A stretch of DNA of 62,476 nt, taken from the NCBI GenBank assembly GCA_031550205.1, contig JAVBOV010000040.1, positions 1 through 62,476 on the forward strand, in the 5' to 3' direction. How positions within the stretch are numbered: position 1 is the stretch's first letter; the number at the start of each line of letters is the position of its first letter. Under the pieces are notes generated by a model. That model saw only the letters and a list, made by a program, of their open reading frames with translations. It was not told the origin of the DNA and did no database searches. Made by a program: the position numbers and the translations under genes. Source of the DNA: Alphaproteobacteria bacterium. Its GTDB lineage: Bacteria; Pseudomonadota; Alphaproteobacteria; RF32; CAG-239. Positions 9,329 through 17,073 of the stretch are shown here, piece by piece.

Positions 9329-9361
9329 GATGAGATTGCCGCGCTGCGCTCGCAATGACGA
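9329..9361. repeat. 33-nt palindromic element GATGAGATTGCCGCGCTGCGCTCGCAATGACGA, copy 1
   Basis: Identical 33-mer at 52229..52261. Imperfect hairpin ATTGCCGCGC/GCGCTCGCAAT. Confidence 0.7.
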
Positions 9362-9632
9362 TACTTACTCTATCATTCTTAGGTAGTTGGGGTAAGCAAG
9401 AAATATTTAAAATAGTCATATCGAGCTTGTCGAGAAATCCAGAGAAATAATATGGCAAATTTATACTGGATCCCACGCACATTTTATAATTTTCTGATCT
9501 GTGCTCCCTGCGGTCGACACAGGAAAATTATAAAATATGCTCTGGATGACAATTGGCGGCCTTTGTTAACCTGATGTTTACGAGATTGTGGGTAAAATAC
9601 GTATCGTGAATTAATCTCTTTAGAGTGATGAA

Positions 9633-11282
9633 GTGGCTGAAAGCGTTACAAAAACATCTGATTTGAAGAAAATCTTTGCAAAACACGGGATTTCGGAAGA
9701 GCCGAACAACCTGCTGCAACGCTATTTGAATATTTTCCGCCAGCGCCACGTTTTTGACACCGTTCGCCAAGATGAATTTGACAGAATGATTTTGGAGCTG
9801 CCCGATGAAATCCGCGGCATGTTTGTGATGCTGCCGGGCGGCGCTTTGATGCAGGAATATATTAACGATTTGGAAGAGAAAAACGGCAAAAGCCGCTCTA
9901 AAACCTCTATAATCAACGATATTGACGAGAGCCCCGAGGCAATGATTGCGGCCGCCACCAGCGATGTGCCGCCACCCAAAGCCGCCGCACCGGTTGCTGC
10001 CAATGTGAACATTGCTCCGGGCGAGTTTAAGATGGTGGCAGATGAAAACTTTGCCAAAGATTTGGCCAAGGCTTTTGCTTTTTATACCAAAACCAACGGA
10101 GATAAAAGCAACGCCATGGTGGTGGACATTATTAAGGCGCAGTCGCAGTTGTTTTCAAACATGGCCAGCACCCAAACCAAAGAGATTTCAGCAATTATCA
10201 CATTGGCCTTAAAAGAAAGCCAGCAGCTTTCAACCAAGACGATTATTGATGCGATTACGGCTTTTCAGAAAGAAAACTTGAAAATTTTTGAATTAAGAGC
10301 CGGAAACAGCAACAAAGCTGCTGCAGAAGAAAACATTCAGCCCGAGCCTCAACCTCAGAAATCAAGATTTACAATTAAGAATCCGCTGTTTGGCCCTATT
10401 ACCAAGGTTTTCAGCGGTCCGGAGATTGACGAACCGGTTGCTCTAAAACCTGAGCCTGAGCAAAAGGTTTTTAAAACCGAAGAACAGCCGAAATCTGAAA
10501 ATGTTTCTAAAAAGAATAAGAAAAACAAGCAAAAAGATAAAGACAGAGAACGCCAACAGCCAAAACCGGTTTCGGTTTTTGAAGATATTTCTTTGGACGA
10601 TATCAGCATTGAGCCAAAAGCGCATGAAAAAAGCTTAACCGACTTAGATTCCGCTTTGTTTGATGACGAGGGATTTTTTAATCCTCATCGGCCGGCTGAG
10701 CCAAAGGTTCAGATACCGGAGATTAAGGAGATGAAACCGGCAACGCCGCCGGTGGTGGTACAGACCTCCGAGTTTGAGCCATTGGCAGAAAATTTGGCGC
10801 CCAGAGCGGAAGAAAAAGAGCTTAAGGAAGAAAAATGGGAATGGCAGGAAGTTAAGCAGCAGCCTTTGGAACCGGGCATGATTGACTTGGATGCCGTTGA
10901 CCATGGACCAAGCTTGGTTGAAGATGAAGAAAGCCTGCTTAAAAACAGCCCCGGAACCGATTTTGTGTTTGATGAAAAGCAGGAAGCCAAGTCCGCATCC
11001 GAGCACGATGAAGACTGGGAATGGGAATATGAAGAGGATAAAGAGCCCGAAGCCTCTGCCGGAGAGCAGGATTGGGAATGGGAATATGAGGAAGAAGGCG
11101 GAGAAGACACCGCAAAAACCGTCTCCGGTGAGGGCGAAGACTGGGAATGGGAATATGAAGAGGAAGAAGGCAACGATGAAAAGCCCGCTGCTGCCTCACC
11201 TTCAGGCAACGATGAAGAGTGGGAATGGGATTATGATATTGTTGAAGACGACGGCTCGGAAACCACTACCAATCCTGTGTAA
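9633..11282 (+). CDS. Highly acidic low-complexity protein with W-E-W-E-Y-E-E repeats (function unknown)
   Basis: 549 aa; the GTG start is uncertain. No TM or signal peptide seen. The C-terminal third has five W-x-W units, four of them D/E-W-E-W-(E/D)-Y-(E/D). TGGGAATGG occurs at 10835, 11016, 11073, 11142 and 11220. Confidence 0.55.
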   Translation: MAESVTKTSDLKKIFAKHGISEEPNNLLQRYLNIFRQRHVFDTVRQDEFDRMILELPDEIRGMFVMLPGGALMQEYINDLEEKNGKSRSKTSIINDIDESPEAMIAAATSDVPPPKAAAPVAANVNIAPGEFKMVADENFAKDLAKAFAFYTKTNGDKSNAMVVDIIKAQSQLFSNMASTQTKEISAIITLALKESQQLSTKTIIDAITAFQKENLKIFELRAGNSNKAAAEENIQPEPQPQKSRFTIKNPLFGPITKVFSGPEIDEPVALKPEPEQKVFKTEEQPKSENVSKKNKKNKQKDKDRERQQPKPVSVFEDISLDDISIEPKAHEKSLTDLDSALFDDEGFFNPHRPAEPKVQIPEIKEMKPATPPVVVQTSEFEPLAENLAPRAEEKELKEEKWEWQEVKQQPLEPGMIDLDAVDHGPSLVEDEESLLKNSPGTDFVFDEKQEAKSASEHDEDWEWEYEEDKEPEASAGEQDWEWEYEEEGGEDTAKTVSGEGEDWEWEYEEEEGNDEKPAAASPSGNDEEWEWDYDIVEDDGSETTTNPV

Positions 11283-11361
11283 AAGCATATTCAAACTAAT
11301 TTACAAAAAACAATTGCTAAACTAAACTGTATGCAAGTCTTTGTATATGGAGAAAATTCAG

Positions 11362-11859
11362 ATGGCAGATAATCTTGACCAAAAAACGGCGGCACCCAAA
11401 GATCTATGGTATATAGACAACTATGTGCTGCTTAGAGATTATTATGACCGCACGATTTCAAGAATTGCCGCCAGGTGTGTGAGAGCCGGCAATATTGCCA
11501 TGGAAGAATATCCGTTTTACGGCTATATTCTTGACGTTTTGGAAGAGATTAGCGAGACCGGCGATTATATTATTAAACACAAAGAGCTGCACCCGGCGCT
11601 TGAGAAAAAGATTAAGGGCGGAATTGAGGCTTTGAAAAAAAATTTAAGAGAATATCAATTGGAGCTTAGAAATAACTCTTCACCGGAGATGATTAAGGAA
11701 GATGCTTTGGAAGTTGAAAAAATGAGAAAAGCATTGGGCGCAATCGATAAATCAGTTGACCCGACCGTCGGAGCCGGAATGAACATGGAAGAGCTGATGA
11801 ACAAGCTGATGAACCAAAAGGGAATTCCCGAAGTTGAAGACGCGGAGGATGAAGAGTAA
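11362..11859 (+). CDS. Small acidic cytoplasmic protein, unknown function
   Basis: The listed ORF starts at TTG 11341. ATG 11362 (MADNLDQ...) follows GGAG. No TM. Acidic tail EVEDAEDEE. Stops 2 nt before the next gene. Confidence 0.5.
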   Translation: MADNLDQKTAAPKDLWYIDNYVLLRDYYDRTISRIAARCVRAGNIAMEEYPFYGYILDVLEEISETGDYIIKHKELHPALEKKIKGGIEALKKNLREYQLELRNNSSPEMIKEDALEVEKMRKALGAIDKSVDPTVGAGMNMEELMNKLMNQKGIPEVEDAEDEE

Positions 11860-11861
11860 AC

Positions 11862-13109
11862 ATGAAAAAATATCTTGCCATATTTTTGGTCCTGCTGCTG
11901 AGCGCTTGTCCGCTGCGTCCCAGAGAAGAACCGGTTCTGCCCCCTGCTCCAATGCCTATTAATGCCGACATTGTGGTTCCCAGCGACCCGAGTATGATTA
12001 AGACTTCTAAGGGAGCTCAATCTTTGGATTTGGAGAATCCGCTGCGCTGCTCAGTCAACTGGCACACCCAGGAAATGATTACGAGCATTCCGTATAACGT
12101 GAAAACTTTTAATTTGGTGAAAAACGGCAGGAACGACATTTTGCCGCGTTTTGAAGTGACCGGTTTTTCTTTTGAAACCATGCCGGCGGAAAAAGCCCTG
12201 GTTAAACTCACCAAAGAGGCCGGAATTAAACTGATTGCCAAAGATCCGCCATATGCCAGCATTTCTGCCGAAAATTTGCGCGGAGAGTTTTCAGAAGTAA
12301 TCAACATGATTACGGATGCGGCGGAAATTTATTATACCTATGATGCTAAGAAAAAGGTTCTGCGCATTTCCCGCAAGGCCAACTTTACGCTTTATGTGCC
12401 GAAATCAAGGCCGATTACGCTCGGTCTTTTAGACGTGCTGAGAGGCGCCGGCATTACCGATATTACAACCGACTGGAGCGACTATTCCATTACCTTTGAT
12501 GCAGATTTTGAACTGCGCAACAAGGTTTTGGATTTGGTTAACTATTTTGAAGAGAATCCGGTTTTGGTGGCCTTTGATGTAAGCGTGTTTAGAATTTATC
12601 CGTATGACAAGAAAACCGACATTAACTGGCAGGACTTGTTAAAAGCCTTTGATTATGGTACAATCAAGACCGCAAAGACCGGCGTTATCGGCCGCGTGCT
12701 TACCACTTCCGACGATTTGAACGTGGGCGCTTTGCGCAGCTTTTTGGGAGGACAGGCGGTGGTGGTGCCGGTGGCAGAAGGAAAATTTGTGGTGCCGAAT
12801 TTATGGATGTCGCGTTTTGATGTGGGTAAGTGCGGAAAGCGCAGCGACCCTGAAGCAGATTTATCAGTTTTGGCCAAAGCATCATTGGAGCAAAACAACA
12901 AGATATTCTCAAACATCACCTTGGAAAGCACCAACGGCCAGATTACCAACTTTAATATTCGCTCACGCTTGGGAGAAAACTTCTTAATTATCGGTCTGCC
13001 GAATGAGATATTCGGGGTTAAGGCGCCAAAGTCTGAAACAATTGTGTTTATGGTGCCGCGCATTATCAGAACCGCAAAAACGTCTAAACATTTGCAAAAC
13101 AATCTATAA
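11862..13109 (+). CDS. Short secretin-family-like outer-membrane lipoprotein
   Basis: 415 aa. Lipoprotein signal FLVLLLSAC. N0-like module FSFETMPAEKALVKLTKEAGIKLIAKD...VLRISR. Secretin-like beginning VLVAFDVSVFRIYPYDKKTDINWQ and end ETIVFMVPRIIR. Short for a secretin; the call rests on pattern only. Confidence 0.4.
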   Translation: MKKYLAIFLVLLLSACPLRPREEPVLPPAPMPINADIVVPSDPSMIKTSKGAQSLDLENPLRCSVNWHTQEMITSIPYNVKTFNLVKNGRNDILPRFEVTGFSFETMPAEKALVKLTKEAGIKLIAKDPPYASISAENLRGEFSEVINMITDAAEIYYTYDAKKKVLRISRKANFTLYVPKSRPITLGLLDVLRGAGITDITTDWSDYSITFDADFELRNKVLDLVNYFEENPVLVAFDVSVFRIYPYDKKTDINWQDLLKAFDYGTIKTAKTGVIGRVLTTSDDLNVGALRSFLGGQAVVVPVAEGKFVVPNLWMSRFDVGKCGKRSDPEADLSVLAKASLEQNNKIFSNITLESTNGQITNFNIRSRLGENFLIIGLPNEIFGVKAPKSETIVFMVPRIIRTAKTSKHLQNNL

Positions 13110-13121
13110 GGATTTTTGATT

Positions 13122-13739
13122 ATGGATGAAGAATTTAAAAACGCTGAGCAATCGGCTCAGGAACCCAGAAAAAAGCTGAAGAAAGTCAAGCGCCCCAAGC
13201 GCCCTGGCGGAATGCCTTATAATGACCCATTGTCTTCTTCAGGAGTGGATGCTTTTAATTTGGACACTTTTCTTGATGAGAGCAATCTGCCGGCAAAAAC
13301 CGCTTTTGATAAAAAGTCCGAACATCAGTTTTTAAACGAGCTGGAAGCGGAAGAAGACCGAGAGCTTGACGCACAGCCGACGGTTAACCGCAAGGTTGCG
13401 GCTTTGGCCTTGGTCTGCACTTTTTTTGCGGGCTTTTTGATGGCAAAAATTTTCTTCACGCAATCTACCATTGTGACCGATGGTCTGCAAGGCGTGGTGG
13501 TTAACCCCGAGGTTCCGCGCGGCAGAGCCAGATGCGGTTTGGCAGAAAAAATTCAGGGCTGCGTTTTATATATTATGAACCCGCAGCGTCAAGAGCTTAG
13601 CGCGCGAGACTTTTATGATTTGGCAGCGCAATTGACCGGACGCCAGAGATTTGTGATTGAGACCGGAAATATGCGCTACTCAAATTATAAGATTAAGCCG
13701 GGAAGCATTGCGCAACTTAATATTCCGCCGCTGCAATGA
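13122..13739 (+). CDS. Bitopic membrane protein, unknown function
   Basis: ATG 13122 follows an AAGGA RBS (the listed start is TTG 13116). Basic and acidic N-terminal region, one TM (VAALALVCTFFAGFLMAKIFF), and a C-terminal domain of about 100 aa. The stop overlaps the next start (ATGATGA). Confidence 0.5.
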   Translation: MDEEFKNAEQSAQEPRKKLKKVKRPKRPGGMPYNDPLSSSGVDAFNLDTFLDESNLPAKTAFDKKSEHQFLNELEAEEDRELDAQPTVNRKVAALALVCTFFAGFLMAKIFFTQSTIVTDGLQGVVVNPEVPRGRARCGLAEKIQGCVLYIMNPQRQELSARDFYDLAAQLTGRQRFVIETGNMRYSNYKIKPGSIAQLNIPPLQ

Positions 13740-15121
13740 TGAAACACGTACACTTCATAGGCATTTGCGGAAGCGGTGCAGCCGGTGCGGCAGGAGTTGC
13801 AGCCTCTAAGGGCTTTAAGGTTTCAGGATGCGATAAAAAAGAAAGCTCGCAATATACCTGCGCGTTTGGCAATTTAGATATTAAAGTTTATGAAGGGCAA
13901 GACGTTTCTCATTTAGAAGGCGTTGATATTGTCGCCACTTCTCCGGCGTTTTTATATAAAGACAAATTTAAAGAAATTCCGGAAATGCTGGAAGCTCACA
14001 ACAAGGGAATCCTGATTAAGTGGCAGGAGTTTTTGGGCAGATATGTTTTTAACGGCAGGCAAACCATTGCAGTTTGCGGAACACACGGCAAAACCACAAC
14101 CACAACTCTTTTGGGTTTGGCTCTGGAACAAGCGGGAATCGACCCAACGGTCTTGGTGGGCGGAATTGTGCCGAACTGGGGGCAGACTTTCAGGAACGGA
14201 AACTCTGATTATTATGTGATTGAGGCTGACGAATATGACAACAACTTCATTCACTATAATCCTAAATATGTTCTGCTTAATAATTTGGAAATGGAACACC
14301 CGGAGGTTTTTGATTCTTTTGAAGAATATAAAAAAGTGTTTACCGATTTTTTGAAAACAATGCAGACAAACGGTGCGGTTATTGCCAATTTGGACAGTAA
14401 GAATGTTTGCTCGGCGTTAAAAGAGCTGCGCGCAGAGTTTGAGACAAAGAATATAAAAATTATCGGCTATACCATTTATGGTTCAGAGTTTGAGTGCGAC
14501 AGAGTTTATAAAGTGAGAAATGTGGCACTGGGCGAGGTTATCAGCTTTGAGGTTGACGGTAAATATTTGCAGGCCAACGTTATTGGTCTGCACAATGTTT
14601 ACAACATTTCATCGGTATATGCGCTTTGCCAGACCATTGGCGCAGACAGGTTAAACTTACAAAAGGTTTTGGAGGCTTTTTCCGGTGCGGGCAGACGTTT
14701 GGAAACAGTTTTGGATAATCGGCAAATTCGTTTGTATAATGACTATGCGCACCATCACAGCCAAATTAAGGTTAATTTGGAGGCTTTGAAAGCGGCGTTT
14801 CCGAAGAATAAGATTGTGGCGGTTTTGGAGCCGCACCAGATTTCAAGACTTGCTCAAAACTGGCAAGAATATATGGAAGCTTTATCTTTGGCAGATAGGT
14901 TTTTTGTTGCAAAGATTTTTGAAGGCCGCGAAAAAGGAAAAGCCCTGCCGGATGTGAAAGCAATGCTCAGATATTTTCCAAAGGGAGAGTATTTGCCTGA
15001 CAGCGATGAACTGATTAAGGCGGTGATTAAAGAGATTGAACCAAAGACAATTGTGATTGTGATGGGCGCCGGCGAATCGTATATTATTGCCGATGAGTTA
15101 AGAGAGAAGTTTGATGGATAA
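13736..15121 (+). CDS. mpl: Mur ligase family, most like UDP-N-acetylmuramate:L-Ala-D-Glu-meso-DAP ligase (Mpl) or MurC
   Basis: 461 aa. HVHFIGICGSGAAGAAG Rossmann start, P-loop AVCGTHGKTTTT, EADEYD (Mpl-type rather than the MurC EADESD), NDYAHHH. Confidence 0.6.
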   Translation: MMKHVHFIGICGSGAAGAAGVAASKGFKVSGCDKKESSQYTCAFGNLDIKVYEGQDVSHLEGVDIVATSPAFLYKDKFKEIPEMLEAHNKGILIKWQEFLGRYVFNGRQTIAVCGTHGKTTTTTLLGLALEQAGIDPTVLVGGIVPNWGQTFRNGNSDYYVIEADEYDNNFIHYNPKYVLLNNLEMEHPEVFDSFEEYKKVFTDFLKTMQTNGAVIANLDSKNVCSALKELRAEFETKNIKIIGYTIYGSEFECDRVYKVRNVALGEVISFEVDGKYLQANVIGLHNVYNISSVYALCQTIGADRLNLQKVLEAFSGAGRRLETVLDNRQIRLYNDYAHHHSQIKVNLEALKAAFPKNKIVAVLEPHQISRLAQNWQEYMEALSLADRFFVAKIFEGREKGKALPDVKAMLRYFPKGEYLPDSDELIKAVIKEIEPKTIVIVMGAGESYIIADELREKFDG

Positions 15122-15728
15122 AAGTAGAATTATATCTTTATACAACGAGATATCTGACGATTATAATAATACTTTTTCCAATCCTTCTGAACATATTGAT
15201 GAATTTTTAAAAAAACTTCCTGTAAAATCCAACATATTAGATGCTGGCTGCGGGACAGGAATAGATTCTGTTTATATGGCATCTTTGGGACACATTATAA
15301 CCGGCATTGATTTATCCGAAAAAATGCTGGATATTGCGAGAAAGAAAAACAGCAAAATAAATTTTATAAAAAAAGATATAACAGCCTTAGATTTTAAAGA
15401 ATCTTTGTTTGACGGCATTATTGCATCATATTCTTTAATACATATTTCTAAATCAGAAGTCAAAAGCTGCTTGTTAAATTTTAATAGAATGCTTAAGAAA
15501 AGTGGCTTATTAAACATCGGCCTTCAAGAAGGTGAATCTGGAGAGATATCCATTCCTGAGCCATTTGCTCCAAAGTTAACGCTGGATATTAACATTATGT
15601 CTTTAGAGGAAGTCAAAAAACTGCTTATTGACACAGGCTTCAGTATTATTGATGTGTTCTTGGACTCTGCAAAAAACAAAGAAGAAGTAAGCTTTAATAA
15701 ACTATGTGTGATAGCTCGGAGAGATTAA
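15114..15728 (+). CDS. Class I SAM-dependent methyltransferase
   Basis: Motif I ILDAGCGTGIDS. ATG 15114 overlaps the upstream stop (15119..15121). Visibly AT-richer than neighbouring genes. Confidence 0.65.
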   Translation: MDKSRIISLYNEISDDYNNTFSNPSEHIDEFLKKLPVKSNILDAGCGTGIDSVYMASLGHIITGIDLSEKMLDIARKKNSKINFIKKDITALDFKESLFDGIIASYSLIHISKSEVKSCLLNFNRMLKKSGLLNIGLQEGESGEISIPEPFAPKLTLDINIMSLEEVKKLLIDTGFSIIDVFLDSAKNKEEVSFNKLCVIARRD

Positions 15729-15838
15729 ATCATCTAAAGCCCGCATAATGAACTTACATGAACAATGCTTTTGTTATCACTCATTTTGTTTTCCTTTGAT
15801 TTTTTAAGACTGAAATTGATAGAATAGAACTTAGCTAA

Positions 15839-15860
15839 GGTCGAGGGTCGACCCTCGACC
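15839..15860. repeat. Perfect 22-bp palindrome GGTCGAGGGTCGACCCTCGACC
   Basis: Read directly from the sequence. Lies in the convergent gap between the methyltransferase gene and virB11. No flanking T-run. Confidence 0.7.
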
Positions 15861-15897
15861 CTACAGGCTTTTACAATTAAATAGAACAACCATTGTT

Positions 15898-15981
15898 ATG
15901 CTGAGTAAGACGCGGAGATCTTATTGAAACAAGTTCTATCTTTACCTTTCCAAAAGATGCTTCGGCAAGCTCAGCATGACA
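15898..15981. repeat. MITE-like element of about 84 bp bounded by inverted ATGCTGAG / CTCAGCAT
   Basis: ATGCTGAGTAAGACGCGG...GCTTCGGCAAGCTCAGCATGACA. It ends in the same ...GCATGACA-type terminus as other elements in the window. Confidence 0.4.
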
Positions 15982-16088
15982 ATCAGGTGTTTAAAATACA
16001 AAAACAGGCGTGGTGCTTATAGATACACTTCACCTGTTGTGTGAATTATATGTAGCACAATTTTATTAAACTGTCAAGGAATATATTC

Positions 16089-17057
16089 CTATGTCACCTC
16101 GGTTACGGCTCTTAGGTTGCCGTCGCGGTTGATTTGGACTACTTTTAATTTGCGGCGCATTTCCTCAATGGTCTTTTTTCTATCTATGGTGGGATATGAG
16201 TGCAGAATGCGGTTGAAAAAGGCTTCATAAGCCGCTTCAGAGCTTTCGGCGTGGATGGTGGCCAGGCAGTTGTCGTGGCCGGAGCCCATCAACTCCCAAA
16301 TGGCGCCGGCGTTGCCGGTGGAGATTTCGCCGCCGATGATGGCATCAGGAGTGAAGCGCACCACCAAATCGATTATTTTGCTGTAACTTAACTGATTGGT
16401 TTGCTCGGTACGAGAAAGCACAATGTGCACGCGGTTTTTGTGCGGCACAATTAACTCGCGGGTGTCTTCAATGGTTAAAATTCTTTTGTTGATGTCTAAA
16501 ATCTTCAGCAGGTTGTTCAAAAACGTGGTCTTGCCGGTCGAGGTGGCGCCGGAAACCAAGATGTGGTCGCCGCGTTTAATGCTCAACAGCAGTCTCTCAT
16601 ATGGGTCGGTGGGGTCTTTGATGTCTTTTAGGGGGTTGATGCTGTGCAGTTTATCACCTTGTTTTAAGCCATAATCGCCAAGGCCGAAGGCAACATCGTC
16701 GGCGTGGACACGGATGGTTAAGGCCACGCCGCCGGTTAAGTCTTCCTGGTCATACATTACGTTTTTTCCGGCAATGGCTGAAAAACGGTGTTCTCCGGGG
16801 ATGGTGGCATATACTACCGGTGTTCCGGCTACCGGGTCAAAAGGAAGTTCATAGGTGTTGGCGATGATATATAGCAAATCTACCAGATATTCTTTGGTGA
16901 GTTTTTCATCCTTATACATGACCCAAGGGTAAGCGCGCTTGCCTCTTAAGCGCAGCCAGATTTGGCCGGCGCGGTTGATGGCAACCTCTTCAATGTTGTC
17001 TTGGTTGTACCAATAAGACAAGGGTCTTAAAACTGATTCCAGAACATTAAAATTCAT
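16089..17057 (-). CDS. virB11: VirB11-family T4SS ATPase
   Basis: 322 aa. Walker A GATSTGKTT, Asp box LTIEDTRE, Walker B-like AIIGGEISTG, His box LATIHAES. Last gene of the virB string. Confidence 0.9.
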   Translation of the reverse strand: MNFNVLESVLRPLSYWYNQDNIEEVAINRAGQIWLRLRGKRAYPWVMYKDEKLTKEYLVDLLYIIANTYELPFDPVAGTPVVYATIPGEHRFSAIAGKNVMYDQEDLTGGVALTIRVHADDVAFGLGDYGLKQGDKLHSINPLKDIKDPTDPYERLLLSIKRGDHILVSGATSTGKTTFLNNLLKILDINKRILTIEDTRELIVPHKNRVHIVLSRTEQTNQLSYSKIIDLVVRFTPDAIIGGEISTGNAGAIWELMGSGHDNCLATIHAESSEAAYEAFFNRILHSYPTIDRKKTIEEMRRKLKVVQINRDGNLRAVTEVT

Positions 17058-17073
17058 TTTTTAACCCCCTTTC

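Noticed and set aside
9162-9482. 106-aa minus-strand ORF in the gap after the regulator gene
   Set aside because: It is read almost entirely through palindromic repeat elements (VIASAARQSH, LSLRPPSRNP, IDCGSSPQ are typical repeat translations). It has no RBS or domain. I treat it as a repeat-derived artefact.
10709-11325. Alternative-frame and antisense ORFs over the W-repeat region (10709..11209, 10882..11325, 10939..11199)
   Set aside because: They are products of the tandem TGGGAATGGGAATATGA repeats (SSSYSHSQS, GNGNMKR). They overlap the much longer sense ORF completely.
15114-15728. AT-rich methyltransferase gene (and AT-rich 59907..60581, 53006..53290) as evidence of recent horizontal transfer
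   Set aside because: The compositional contrast is visible by eye, but I cannot compute statistics here. The methyltransferase overlaps the mpl-like stop as if part of a stable operon. Evidence is insufficient for a claim.
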